A DNA stretch of 63,966 nt, the filler included, from Malassezia furfur (taxonomy: Eukaryota): assembly GCA_052055015.1 (NCBI GenBank). It is 3 parts of 3 records of this genome, joined end to end, with 100 filler letters (N's around TTAATTAATTAA, not from the genome) between each part and the next. Parts side by side here need not be neighbours in the genome. Positions count along the whole stretch, not along the records: positions 24,143 to 48,150 come from JBQJIT010000145.1; positions 48,251 to 63,966 come from JBQJIT010000261.1; 1 more part is not named here. One strand, written 5' to 3'. Made by a program: the position numbers and the translations under genes. The notes beneath the pieces were generated by a model that was given only the letters and a program-made list of their open reading frames with translations, did no database searches and was not told the origin of the DNA. Position 1 is the first letter of the stretch; every line of letters starts with the position of its first letter. This document shows positions 39,684 to 51,318 of this stretch, one piece after another.

Positions 39684-42291
39684 TTAAATCGCATCGGGAA
39701 TTGCCGCAGCGACAGCGGCCAAGGGGGCCCGTGCACCAACCAGCATCTCGCGCATAGGCACAATCCGCTCGAGGCGCTCGAGCGAGGCGAGTACGTCTTG
39801 CACCGTCTCGGGACCGTCTGGTAGATAGCGAGCGAGTGCAGCACTTTGCAGGTAGCATGCACAGAAATTACGCAACTCCGAGGCTGACGCACGGTCGGCG
39901 TCCAACAGCGAAAAGGCACGCCGTGCGAGCGCCAGCGGGGGGAACGCTAGTGCCAGCACCGCACACACGGCTCGAGCCGCATCCGACACCATGGTAGTGG
40001 CAGTAGCAACAGCGAGCATGCATCGTGCAGCATAAAAGGGCCCACGCATCTCTAGTATCGTCGATGCCGCTTCCAGGGCCAGGGGGTCATCCCCGAGCGC
40101 CGCAGCGAGTGCCTCGGCGGGCCACAGGGGGGTATAATCCGACGGTGCGCTTCTTAGCAGCATCACCAGTTCAGTCCGGTCATTAAACAAATGGGTGGCC
40201 GGCACATTAAACAGGGCGCGTACCTGTTCCGGGCACGCGTCGGCCGTGATCAACGACTGGAACACCTCGGCGTAGATTGCGCTGTGCGGCACCGAAACAT
40301 AGACCGACCTTGCCGTCATACACTGAGCTTGCATCAGAAGCCAATGCAAAATGCATGGTAGCGTATAGCGCAGTGGTGCTTGCAAAAAGTACGACAGCGC
40401 CGAATCCAGGCCAGATCGGTCGAGACGTTGGGCGATGTACGAAGCAATGAGCTGCTGAATCAGCGTAGGCGCCAGTCGGTACACGGTCCAGGGTGGTGAG
40501 TCACTGTATAAGTCGAGAAACATACCGCAAAAGTACATCGGGTAAGCCTTCAGGCCCGACCAAAGCGGCCATCCAGCGGTCCAGCAACTCAACGCGGTCC
40601 TGTGACCATGCTTCGCGTGGTAATGTGGGTATTTGGGTAAACGCCAAGAAGATGGATGCGGGTCCGCGCGCAACTACCTCTTTGCTCGGGAACCGCTGGA
40701 GAAAAAGGAGCGCCGTGGATATGGATGCGAGTTCGTCGGCGTCCTGCCACTGGTGTGACGTCAGTTGCTGCACAGCGGCAAGCAGAGAGCGGAGAAACGA
40801 GGGTCGGCTGTAAAAGAGGAAAAGGGCGTTGCAGGCGCCCGACACGCCCAACGCGGCGCATACTTCGGCCACATGTTCCATGTTGGGCAGGCTTTGATAC
40901 CAAGACGCGGCAAAGTGTGCCACAACGTGCGCAAAGCACAACTGGCGCGCAGGATCAGACGCGGCTTGCATGGCCAAGGCCGCCAGGCCGCCTTGCACTT
41001 GAATTTGCGCACGGACATTTGCAGCATACTGCTGGAGATCAGGGCTGGCGACCTGCACCAGGTCGTCTGGCTGGACTGGCTCGCTTGCATGGGTTTCGAC
41101 GAGCCCCCAACTTGCCATACACCGCAGAATGTGCTCCGGCAACGCGGGCTCCATGGCGGGCTCGGCCGCAGCCCACTGGCTGAGTGGAGCATGTAACTCA
41201 ACAAATGCAGCAAGTGTAGCGGAGAGCATCCGTTGTGCCTCAGCACTGCTTTCACTGTCCAGATATCGGAGAAGCGGAGGAAGGATGCCACCGACGAATC
41301 CGCGCCAATACGGCGCGAGCTCCTGGTGGGTCGAGATGCAGGCCAGGGCGGCATGGCTCGTAGCAATGAGCAACTCAACATAAAACGCCAATCGCGCCTT
41401 TTCTGGCTCGATCTCCGTATACGATAAGCGCACCGTCAAGAGTCCGTGCGCCAAGGCGCACTTGTAGGACCAGTCGTAGGCATCCGACGACAGATGGTAC
41501 ACGAGGAGTACCGTATCTGGCTCGGGCTGTGGAGCCTGCGGCAATGCAGGAGTACGTCCGCCATTGCTTTGGAGTTGGTGCGCGGCCCCTGCCAGACCCA
41601 GGGCATACGGCAGCGTCCGTTGCCCGCTCCAGAGGTCGGGAAGGGCCGACGGGCTCATGCGTGTCTCGGCGTCTTCAGGATGCTTCTCAAGACTGGTCAG
41701 CGTCTGTGCAATCGGAGTCCAAGCCGCATTTTGGGTGCACGCGCTCTCGACATCGTGTAGGAGAGAAGGGAAAGAATCCGGAAGCGGTTCGCTGTGCGTC
41801 TGTGACGCCAGTCGCAGAAACAGCGAAGCCGCTGCCGAGCGCGGAGCATGGAGCTGCAAGGCCATGCGTACCAATGCAAAGGCAGTTGGCCAAAGCTGTC
41901 TGTCAGGCAAGTTTTCGGCGAGCTCTGCAGCTGAGAACGACAGCGCATCGTCGCTCCCCTGGAGGAAGAGTGCACAGACTTGATCCGCCTTGTGTGCATC
42001 GCGGTTAGCCTGTTCCAGCAAGGATACCAGCGCTGTTCCAATCACGGCAAGCTGCGCACCCTCTACTGGGAGCGGCTCCATGCATAGCTCGGAGAGGTAG
42101 TGCATGGCTTTGGCCGGTGCCGGATCTACTGCGAAGACGATCCGGATGAGGATGTCAGGCAGCGCACGCAATGCATGTTCCAATGACGTAGCATGCTCCT
42201 GAGCAATCTGGTGCACTTGCTCCAGGAGCTGTTCCGGCGGCGAGTCGGCGGCCAGGGCGGACACAACCCCCGCTTCCAAGGACGACTCCAT
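39684..42291 (-). CDS. MED5: Mediator tail subunit Med5 (Nut1)-like; 22-nt intron at 40504-40525
   Basis: LLDRWMAALVGPEGLPDVLL|R...PWTVYRLAPTLIQQ...LSYFLQAPLRYTLPCILHWL resembles the Med5 conserved block; the rest of the sequence is divergent. Confidence 0.65.
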
Positions 42292-42345
42292 CGTGGAGGG
42301 ACCCGATCTGACACCCGATGTGTGCTTCCCCGTGTTGCGACGGTC

Positions 42346-42628
42346 ATGCAGTCGTACGTGGTGTAAGTCGAGCTGCCTGACCGGTGCAGGATGTTTCGCA
42401 AGTCGGCCTCCGAGGAGGACGTCGACAAATATGTCGATGAGGTGCAGCAGCAAGGTGGCACGATCCAGCAGCGCTACAATGCCGACTTCTTGCGCGGCTT
42501 TGCGGCGCGTATGCCGCCTAAGTACGTGGAGAAGCTGGAACAGAACAAGAAGGACGACGGTCTGATGTACGTACTGTGCTTACCCCAGTGAATCTATCGA
42601 GCCGAACCAAGAGATTCATATCAATTAG
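42346..42628 (+). CDS. Small peptidase inhibitor I9 family protein (subtilisin-propeptide-like); 2 introns
   Basis: MQSYVV|MFRKSAS...GGTIQQRY...LRGFAARMP...I|ESIEPNQEIHIN*; introns 42363-42389 (27 nt) and 42567-42588 (22 nt). Confidence 0.8.
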
Positions 42629-42635
42629 ACGGCAG

Positions 42636-44344
42636 CTACAGTTCAGTGTGCTCCACCTCCTGCTTAATGGGTTCCTCCTCCCTGGGGAAGCACACAGCAG
42701 GCGTTGCGACGCGCATCGAATACGTGCACTTCTCCGCCTCGAACACATCCAAGAGTTCGTTCTTGTCACTGCACTCGAGCGTGACGCGCGTCGAACGCTG
42801 CGGGCCGTTCCAGCACGACTGGCCGCGGTCGTACAGCATAGTGAGATAATGCCGGTAATCGTTGCTGTTGTACTTGTTCTGCACGTCGAAGTGCTTGAAA
42901 CGACTGCGTAAGCGGTGAACACATACCCTAGCTGGAAGGTGTAGCCGTCATTGTTGGAGATCTGCGACGTGGTGCCGCCGAAGCAGAACTCGTACGTGTA
43001 TTCACCCATGTCCCTCTTGAGACAGGTGCCATCCAGCGTCTTGAACTCACCATCGCGACCATACTTGAACTCCAGGTTCTCCAGCGCCTTGTTGTGGTAT
43101 TCGACGTCGCCTTTGATCCGGTTCACCGCATCGCGACTCTTTTCGTAGGCATCACGGGCGGCAGCAACGCCAACACGACTCTTGTAGTTGTGCGGTGCCT
43201 GGCCCTTTTCGCGCGGCGGCGGCGGGATGGCCTCGAGGCGCACGAGCACATCAACAAGCCACTGCAGACCGCGCTCGTACAAGGGCACCAGCGATTCAGG
43301 CAAGCACGACGGGATGTGGAGCACTGGGTGAGCTAAGACAACGTACGCGCTTGTGGCACCGCAGGAGGCGCATGACCCGCGTAGTCCGGCGCACCGTCCA
43401 GCAGAGTGAGTGGATCCTCGTTGATGAGCGTCTGTAGATCCTCTTCTGAGAACTCTGTGCCGCTCCGCAGCAGCTGCGAGAGTTTCTCATCGAGTGTCGC
43501 CTGCCGCTCCTCGTCGTGGTCGTCAAACACGCGGCCCAGCCAGATGTGATAGGCATCACGGATGTCAGCAATGTCTTCCTTGCTTGGCTCACCACCGAGA
43601 CGCTCGACCATCTGTGCCACAATGCGCAGCTCGCCCGCAAGCTTGTCCAATGCCTCGCGCTGCGCGCGCAACGTCGCCTGGCGTAGCTCAAGCTGGGCAA
43701 AGAGCGGGCTCGAGCGCTTCTGCTGCTCGAGCCATGCCGAGACCGACTCGGCATCTTCGAGTGCCTGCTTGAGTTGGGCCTCAGTACGCTCGGCTTCGGG
43801 TAGCTCGGTGTACAAGCGCGCGAGGTTCTTACGGTGGAATTCACGGTCCTGGGCTGCGGAGCTGACGTACCGCTCACGGATCTTGGCGCCCGCTTGGTAC
43901 TTCTTCTCTGCCTGCGCCGTCTCCTTGCGGTACTCCTTGTTCATCTGCGCACACACGTTGGGGCAATGCGTCTTGCCCTCGGCCTCGTCCGAGCCGTCGC
44001 AGCAGTCGCACACGCCGTCGTTCACAAACGAGCTGCGGATGTATTTGGGAATATGACCGGCATTCGCACAGTAGAAGCGGCTCTCATCACATGCCGAGGT
44101 GCCTGGCTCGTCCGAGCCGTCCTCGCAGTCGCAGTAGTCGTCGTTGATGCGGCTGTGCGGGATGCGCTGGTCGGTGCCGAGACACTTCCACATCGCGACG
44201 CCGTGCTTGTCCAAATGCGGCTCGTAGAGCGATGCATCTGGGTCAGCACTTCCGTTACCTACCCTGTGGTGCGACGCCTCGTGGAGCCGATGCAACCACC
44301 TGGGTCGCGCACACGGCGAGAGCGATCCAGGCCCACCGGAGCAT
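42636..44344 (-). CDS. GTB1: Glucosidase II beta subunit; 3 introns (25, 23, 23 nt)
   Basis: Signal peptide MLRWAWIALAVCA; INDDYCDCEDGSDEPGTSAC, VNDGVCDCCDGSDE; MRH domain (GEYTYEFC, GQSCWNGPQRS, TPAVC); C-terminal HTEL. Confidence 0.93.
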
Positions 44345-44401
44345 GGTTGGTGCAAGCCAGAGAGTGTAATTCCACGACGCGGGGTGGAGGACCGCGGCCG
44401 G

Positions 44402-45472
44402 CTACGACGCGGGGGCTTGGCTATGGGACGCGGACACCAGGCCATAGTCGCTCGGGCTTGTGCCGTTCTGCGCCGAGGCACGAAGCTGCTCTTCTTCCCG
44501 CTTGACACGGCGCACCGTGCGGTCGTGGTGCGACTTGCTGCCGTCGCCCACTAGGCGGGCAAAGAGCCCCGCCAGGCCACGCACACGGTGCGGAGGACGT
44601 TGCGACGGGTGCAGCGTGCGCTGCACGTCCTCGGAGTCGTTCTCCTGATCGAACTTGACGAGTTGGCGTAGCATGGCATCGTGCACTGTGCTAATGAGCT
44701 TGTCGGTGTCTTCGTTGGTCATGCCCTCGGTGCTGATCGGTGGCAGGACGGCCAGGCGCAGGTCTCCGCCCTCGAAGCGCGTCTTGCTGTCATATAACCG
44801 GTGGTAATTTTCACACACGACAGGGACAATGGGCAGCTGCGTCTGGATGGCAAGGTGGAACACGCCCTTCTTGAACGGAAGCAGCTCGGGGAGCACCGCG
44901 TGCGACCGAGTACCCTCGGGGAAAGCAAAGAGTGCGAGTTTGTGTTGGCGCATTCGCGCCCCGGCTTCGTTCATAGTCTTGATCGCACTGGCGCGGCTCT
45001 TGCGGTCGATGAACAGGGTGCCGCTGAGCGTCACTGAGTCAGTAAGAGTCAACGTACTGAACTGGCCCAACAGCGGCATCCACCTGAGCTCCTTCTTGGC
45101 CATGATGACCGAGCCCGGGGGCAACATCCGACCGAGGTAGAGGATGTCCAGGAAGCTCTGGTGGTTGCCGACGATGATCGCCGGGCGGGTTTTGAGGTAC
45201 TCGGCGCCCTCAATCTTGAAGTTAAACCCGATCAGTGTACCAGCCAACTTGTAGAAGCTGCGCGCGACGACGTGGTTGGTGTTGTAGCGCTGGCCGAACA
45301 GGCCAAACACGAGGGGGTAGACCACACCAAGGGTGCTGCACACGCCCAAAGAGAAGAAGTACAGCGTCGCATTGTACAAGCGCCGAACTCGTTGGGAGCG
45401 AGCCGAAGCAAACGAAAAGAGCAAAAACGAGACGGAGAAGAAGGAGAGAGCACTCCTGGTCCACTTGGCCAT
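44402..45472 (-). CDS. SLC1: 1-acyl-sn-glycerol-3-phosphate acyltransferase, copy A
   Basis: NHQSFLD, FIDR, FPEGTRS, PFKKG, LPIVPV; in-frame 24-nt intron at 45034-45057. Confidence 0.93.
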   Translation of the reverse strand: MAKWTRSALSFFSVSFLLFSFASARSQRVRRLYNATLYFFSLGVCSTLGVVYPLVFGLFGQRYNTNHVVARSFYKLAGTLIGFNFKIEGAEYLKTRPAIIVGNHQSFLDILYLGRMLPPGSVIMAKKELRWMPLLGQFSTLTLTDSVTLSGTLFIDRKSRASAIKTMNEAGARMRQHKLALFAFPEGTRSHAVLPELLPFKKGVFHLAIQTQLPIVPVVCENYHRLYDSKTRFEGGDLRLAVLPPISTEGMTNEDTDKLISTVHDAMLRQLVKFDQENDSEDVQRTLHPSQRPPHRVRGLAGLFARLVGDGSKSHHDRTVRRVKREEEQLRASAQNGTSPSDYGLVSASHSQAPAS

Positions 45473-45603
45473 GGTGTCCGAACGCGAATGGTGGGGGAAA
45501 TGGGCGAATCGGGGATATAATATTCGGACGTGCGAGGTGCGCGGGGAAAAGGGCGGATTGCAACAGACGGCAACGGTACGAGGGTGCATGCTACGGAGCC
45601 ACG

Positions 45604-46519
45604 CTACAGGCGCGCAACAAGCCCCGCAAGGCCGTGTGTGCTCTTCTCGGAACCTGGCTCCGACAGCGCAGAATTGGCTTCTGCGTCCCCCTCGCTGCCA
45701 AAGCGCAGCAGGCGCTCGAGCATGGCGTCGTAGACCCGCTTGATGAGCGCGTCCGTGTCGGCGATCGTGAGACCCTTGGTACTGACGGGTGGCAGCACTG
45801 CGATGCGGATCTCCCCACCATCGAAGCGAGTCTTGCTGTCATAGAGGTGGTGGTAGTTCTCGCAGACGAGGGGGATGATGGGGAGCTGGGTTTCGATGGC
45901 GAGATGAAAGATGCCCTTCTTGAACGGAAGCAACATCGGCTTGGCCGAATGCGAGCGCGTCCCCTCCGGGAAGGCAAAGAGCGCAAGCTTATGCTTGCGC
46001 ATCTGTTCGCCGGCCGCCTTGGTGGTCTGGATTGCACTGGCGCGGCTCTTGCGGTCGATGAACACGTTGCCGCCGAGCATCACTGGGTGAGTCAGGCGAC
46101 GTACTAAACTGTCCCAATAATGGCATCCATCTGAGCTCCTTCTTGGCCATGATGACCGAGCCCGTGGGGAACATCCGGCCGAGGTAAAGGATGTCTAGGA
46201 AGCTTTGATGGTTGCCGAGCATGATGGAAGGGCGCTGTTGAAGGTATTCCTCACCCTCGACGATGGTGACTTTGATGCCAATGAGCGTACCTGCCAGCGC
46301 GTAGAACGAGCGTGCGACGGCGTAGTCGGTGTTGTAGCGTTGGCCGACGACGCTGAACAGCAATGGGTACACCAAGCCAAGAATGCTGCATATGCCCATC
46401 AGGGTGATGTAGAGCGCAGCATTGAAGTAGTATCGTGCGGTGCGCGAGTACGCGGTTGTCGTCAGCACGGCGAGCGACGCCGGCAGCGCAGTCCACCAGG
46501 CGCGCGAAGCGGGCGGCAT
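45604..46519 (-). CDS. SLC1: 1-acyl-sn-glycerol-3-phosphate acyltransferase, copy B
   Basis: Same motifs as copy A; 22-nt intron at 46083-46104 in the same position (GQF|M). Confidence 0.93.
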
Positions 46520-46561
46520 GGGGCAACAAAGTGGTCCGGGCGCAGCCAGATCGCTACGTGG

Positions 46562-48150
46562 CTATGGGGCGCCCGATCGGGTTTCGGCCAATCGCAGATT
46601 GCGCATGAGGGAGGCGAGCGCGCGCCCTGCCGAGGGTCCCCAGTCGCCCTCGGACACCTGGTCGCAGCAGCGCTCAAACTCCTCGCTGGACGACACGTCG
46701 TGCCAATGTTGGACTGGGTAAGTGGGTGGGATGACGTACAAATGTAGTGCTGGATCGCGTACTGCAGTTGCTCAAACAGTGCCGTGCACAAGAGGTAGTT
46801 GGTCGCGTTCTGCGGCGTGAGCTGCGCGATGATGTGCGCCGTGGTCAGCTCGCACAACGTGGGGAGGTGGTATCGGTGTGCGAGGCGGTAGAGCGCGAGC
46901 GCCGATGCCGGCGGCACCGCGAGCATCGGCGGGTGCGGGTGCGGGTCCGAGGCGTACAGTGCACTCGACGCGCCGCCCGAGCGCTGGCGGCCGTGCGTCT
47001 TGGTGGGCCGGCACTGCGGCGTGCCATCGCGCGGGCTCGTGGTGATCTCGACGTTGTGGCCCGAGTGCAAATCGGTCAGCGTGGGGTTCGTCGTGGCGCT
47101 CGTTAGGAGCGGCGTGCGCGTCTGCGCCAAGCGACTCGAGACGCTGGTGTCGGCGGCGCCGGGCGAGGAGGCAAGGGTGCTTGCGTCGTCCTCGTCGGCA
47201 TACACGTGCCGCCACTTCCAGTCCGGCCGGTCCGATGCACCCTCCTGCCCGAGGATCCAGTGGTCGTCCAGCGTCACCGCTTGGATGTCCTCGGCGGGAA
47301 GCAGCTGCACCTCGTCCGTGTAGAGGTAGCGCAAGAACCAGTAGAGCGTGACGTAGTCGGCGTCTGGGATGCGCAGTACGCGGTACGGCCGCCGCCAGCC
47401 CGGTGCACGCGTCGCGCCTGACACGTCGTGCTGGGCGCTCTCGCTGAACTCGGAGCTGAGCATGGTGTCGAAGAATTCGCTGCGCGCGCGCAGCACCGAC
47501 GCATGCGCCCACAGCACGCGGTCGCGCACGTACACGTCCGGTTCCGCGTCGCCGTTGAGCACGGGCATCGGCGTACCGGTGGGCCACGGCTGCACGAACG
47601 TCTTGAGGCCGACGCTCGCTGCGAGCTCCGCGCTGGGGTGCTGCTGGAGCCCCTTTTCGCGGACGATGATCATCAGGTCGCCGGTGCCCGCGTCGTCGAC
47701 GAGGTGGGCAAGCGCGTGCACGAGGCTGCGTGGCATCTGCACGGTGCTCGGCGTCTCGAACGGGAGCCGCGCATCATGGTTCGCTTCGGCGAGGGGCGCC
47801 GTGTGCACCGAGGGCCCCGCGGCAATTTGCACCACGAGCTCCACTGCGTCCTGCTCGGCTATCGCAGCGTCGGCGCACACGTCGGCGAGCGGGGGGAAGT
47901 CGGTAAAGGTGAGCGTGTCGTGCTGTGCGTCGAACTTGAACGGAACAAACGTGCGCCACACCAGGTCGCTCGCGAGCATCCCCGGCGCGCGCCGCAGCCG
48001 CTGCGGCGCCCGGAGGCCAAACATGACCTGGGTCGGAAGCTCGGCGTGGAACGCGAGCGCCATCATGGTGAGGCACGTCAGGTGCAGCACCAGGCCGCCG
48101 TGCCCGTCGCCCTGCGTGCGCTCCCACTCGAGCCGCCAGCGCTCCTCGCC
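46562..48150 (-). CDS. BTB/POZ-domain protein, 5' part lost in the gap
   Basis: LWAHASVLRARSEFFDTMLSSEFSES, YWFLRYLYTD, ALYRLAHRYHLPTLCEL; a 26-nt intron gives YI|FQHWHDVSSSEEFERCCDQVSEGDWG. Confidence 0.8.
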
Positions 48151-48250
48151 NNNNNNNNNNNNNNNNNNNNNNNNNNNNNNNNNNNNNNNNNNNNTTAATT
48201 AATTAANNNNNNNNNNNNNNNNNNNNNNNNNNNNNNNNNNNNNNNNNNNN
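48151..48250. other. Artificial contig-joining linker
   Basis: 44 N + TTAATTAATTAA + 44 N. Confidence 0.98.
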
Positions 48251-49017
48251 TTGGCTGGCGCCGACTCAGGCGCCGGGGCGGGGGCATCGTCGGCGGGCGC
48301 GGCTGCAGGAGGCGCCGCCTCCTGCGCCTCCTTCTCGTCCGTCGTGCCCGCGTTCTCGACCAGCGTCAGACGCGGACGAGGCGGCACAGGCACCGCCGCA
48401 TCGGTCTCCTCTGCCTGCCCGGCGAGCGGGTTGAGCGTCGCGGCGCTCGTCAGGTACGCGATCTCTTGCAGGCACTGCTGCAGATAAGCACGGCTCTTGG
48501 CGCGGCCCTTGGCATCTTTGACGCCGAGCGGCAGCTTGACGTGCGTGTTTGGCGGCCCGCCGAGGTTTTTGCTGCTCCGTTGCGCATCCAGGAGCGTCTG
48601 CGGCGTGCTGGATTCCTCGTTTTGCGGAGTATGGGGCATCGAGGCGCTGTTCATTAGGCCCTTGTCTGCCGCTTGCTTGCCGCCCGCGGAGGCAGCGGCA
48701 GGCGAAGGCACATTCGCTTGGCTCTTGAAGCGCTCCTGGCGCAGTGCGTATTCAAGCATCTTAATACGGCGCAGCAGGTCGTTCTTCACATTCTCCACGC
48801 CCCGGCGCTCGCCCTCAAGCAGCGCGATGCGCGCACGCAGCTCGGCGCGCTCGATCGACCAGCTGTTTCGATCGCGCTCGTATCGCCGCCATTCGCTCTG
48901 GAGAAAGTGCAGTACACCCGACAGCGTGTATTCTGGCGCGTCTTGGCGATTCGGGTCGTTTCCGCCATTCGTGCCGCCCATGTTGGGGGTCGCACCGTTC
49001 ATGGAGTAGGACGCCAT
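48251..49017 (-). CDS. FAR8: Striatin/Far8/Pro11 N-terminal part, 3' part lost in the gap
   Basis: YTLSGVLHFLQSEWRRYERDRNSWSIERAELRARIALLEGERR...DLLRRIKMLEYALRQER; SRAYLQQCLQEIAYL. Confidence 0.9.
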
Positions 49018-49179
49018 TCCACGCGAGCCACACCGCCGGCTAGATCGAGCACAGGAGACGCTGGGCACGCGCGCCGGGTGGAGAACCCTTGTAGGCCCTC
49101 CGGCATGTTTTGGCGAGAAATGGAGGCGTGTGCCGTGGAGGTCGTCACGCGCGGGCGACGACGACGGCCAGGAGTAGCC

Positions 49180-50315
49180 ATGTCGGACGACGCAGACCAC
49201 CGGGAGATCTTTGGTACGTGTGCACACTTCGCTTACGCAGGCGGTGACTCGGATGACGAGGGGTCACAGCACGGCGAGGCTCCGGCGCACGAAGAGGCGC
49301 AGCTGCCGAGCATCCCCCGCAAGGAGGTCGACAGCGCGGACGACGCGCTGACCAGCATGCCGAAGAAGAAGTAGGTACCAGCACACTCACAACAGAAAAA
49401 AGAGCAAAACCACAGATGACGAGGAAGCAGCACCGCCTGCTGCCGAAGAGTCGGAGCACGAAGAACAGGAGGAGCAGCCGGCCATGTCTACCAAAGAGAG
49501 TACGTCCCCGCTATGGCTCACCCACAGTGATTCGTGCCCAAGTGAATGCGCAGATTGACGCTGCGCTCAAGTCGGGCAAGCGGCGGTCGACGCGTCGTCG
49601 TGCTGCGGGCGAGGATGACCTCGAGCTGATGGCCGACGAAGAAGTATCGGCGCTGCGGACAGAGATGATCATTGCGGCCGACGAAGACGAGGAGGCGAAC
49701 AAGTTCAAGCAGCCCGCAACGGCCAAGCTGCGTCTTCTGCCCCGCGTGGTGAGCACGCTGCAAAAGACGCACCTGCACCAGGCGATTATGGACAACAACC
49801 TGCTCGAGGGCGTCAAGCGGTGGCTGGAGCCGCTGCCCGACCGCAGCCTGCCGGCGCTCAACATCCAGAAGCAGCTGTTCGGCGTACTGGAAAAGATGAC
49901 GATTGACACGATCAGTTTGAAGATGAGTGGGCTGGGCCGCGTGGTGGTGTTCTACAGTCTGTGCGAGCGTGTGGAAACGCCCATCCGCCGCAGTGCCGAG
50001 CACCTGATCGAGGTGTGGACGCGCCCCATCCTCAAGCGCTCGGCGTCGTACCGCGACCGCCATGTGTCGCAGGCCGAATGGTACCAAAACTCGCCGCACA
50101 ACCCGTCGAGCCAGGTGACCAGCGCCTCGGTCTCCACCGACAAGACGCGCCGGCACGTGGGCATTCCGCAGGCGGTCACGACCGGCTTCCAGGTCGCGCC
50201 GCGCAGCCATGTGAGCGGCAGCGGCAACGACCACGAGCACCGTGCGCGGATTGCCAACCACCAGCGCCTGAACCGGTTCAAGTCGCGGCTGAAGGACGCG
50301 AATGCGCGGCGCTGA
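49180..50315 (+). CDS. IWS1: Transcription elongation factor Iws1/Spn1; 3 introns (27, 25, 28 nt)
   Basis: [58 protein letters not shown]. Confidence 0.92.
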
Positions 50316-50541
50316 CACTATCGGAGAAGGATGTGCACATAGATTCCCAAGCAGAGATGTCTTTACGCTTCTCGTATTGCTTTTTTGTGTTGCTACAGAG
50401 CAACTGGCTGCAGGGCAAAATTTCTAGCCGCAAGACCAGAGAGAGTACAAAATTGCCAGTAGCCTTCTACATGCGCACTGGGAGAAGTGCCAGTGTGCAT
50501 CTAGAACCGGGTAAAAAGTGGTACGGTCATAAGAAGGGAAT

Positions 50542-51153
50542 TTACTCCTCCTCCTCGTCACCGCCCTCCTCGTCGCCGCCCTCGTTCGCGGCCGCCGAAG
50601 CCATGCGCTTGCGCTTAACACGGCCGGCGCGGGCACCAGCGTACGGCGAGTTGAGCGCAAAGTCGATGTGCTTCTGCGACTCGAGACGGACAATGAACGA
50701 CGGCGAGGTGACGATCTGCTTGCCGACACGGATGTGGCGCTGGAAGATGAGCACACGCGCGTGGTGGATGCTGCGCGCGAGACCGCTCTTGTACACCTGG
50801 GTCTGCAGGCGGCGCTCGAGGAAGTCCTCAATGTTGAGGGCCAGCACGTAATCGAGCTTCATGCGCGACTCGTCGAGCACACCAATGCGGATCAGACGGC
50901 GGATAATGGCGTTACCCTCGAAGAGACGCTTGGGGTCCTTCTCGTCGAGCTTGAGCAGCTCACGAGCGGCACGACGGATCTTGGACAGCGTCAGGGCGAT
51001 GCGCCAGATCTCGGTCTTGTTCTTCAGACCGTACTCACCCGCGAGCTTGAGCTCGGCATCCAGACGAGGGCTCTCGAAAGGACGACGGGGAACCTTGTAA
51101 GTCTTGCTGTAGTTGCGGGGCGCGCCCTTGTTGTGGTGAGTAGCGACCGGCAT
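50542..51153 (-). CDS. RPS9: 40S ribosomal protein S9 (uS4)
   Basis: [17 protein letters not shown]...[12 protein letters not shown]...FLERRLQT...SIHHARVLI; first codons uncertain (possible 21-nt intron at 51127-51147). Confidence 0.97.
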   Translation of the reverse strand: MPVATHHNKGAPRNYSKTYKVPRRPFESPRLDAELKLAGEYGLKNKTEIWRIALTLSKIRRAARELLKLDEKDPKRLFEGNAIIRRLIRIGVLDESRMKLDYVLALNIEDFLERRLQTQVYKSGLARSIHHARVLIFQRHIRVGKQIVTSPSFIVRLESQKHIDFALNSPYAGARAGRVKRKRMASAAANEGGDEEGGDEEEE

Positions 51154-51231
51154 GCTGGAAGGCGTTGAGTGAGAGACAGCGTGGGCGTGCCTCTTCTTCC
51201 GCTCGCGTCGCCGGCCGAAAAATTATAATTA

Positions 51232-51240
51232 TCACGTGAC
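51232..51240. promoter_or_regulatory. TCACGTGAC E-box (Cbf1-type bHLH site) in the RPS9/RPL21 divergent promoter, next to an AT-rich patch
   Basis: AAAAATTATAATTATCACGTGAC lies midway between the two ATGs; the same 8-mer occurs in three other divergent promoters. Confidence 0.55.
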
Positions 51241-51318
51241 GAATTGTAGTTCCAAAGAGGGTCTCAAGCGCCTGCGAAGCGCCGCTACGTCCTACCTCCC
51301 ACCGAGTAATCTGTCAAG

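Noticed and set aside
1..49017. Two STRIPAK subunits (FAR11 and striatin/FAR8) in one window as a functional cluster
   Set aside because: About 46 kb and over 20 unrelated genes apart, and separated by two artificial joins, so linkage is unproven and plausibly chance.
46462..49227. Striatin and BTB fragments as one fused gene across the gap
   Set aside because: Same strand but separated by an artificial linker of unknown true size. Striatin should continue into WD40 repeats, which are absent here.
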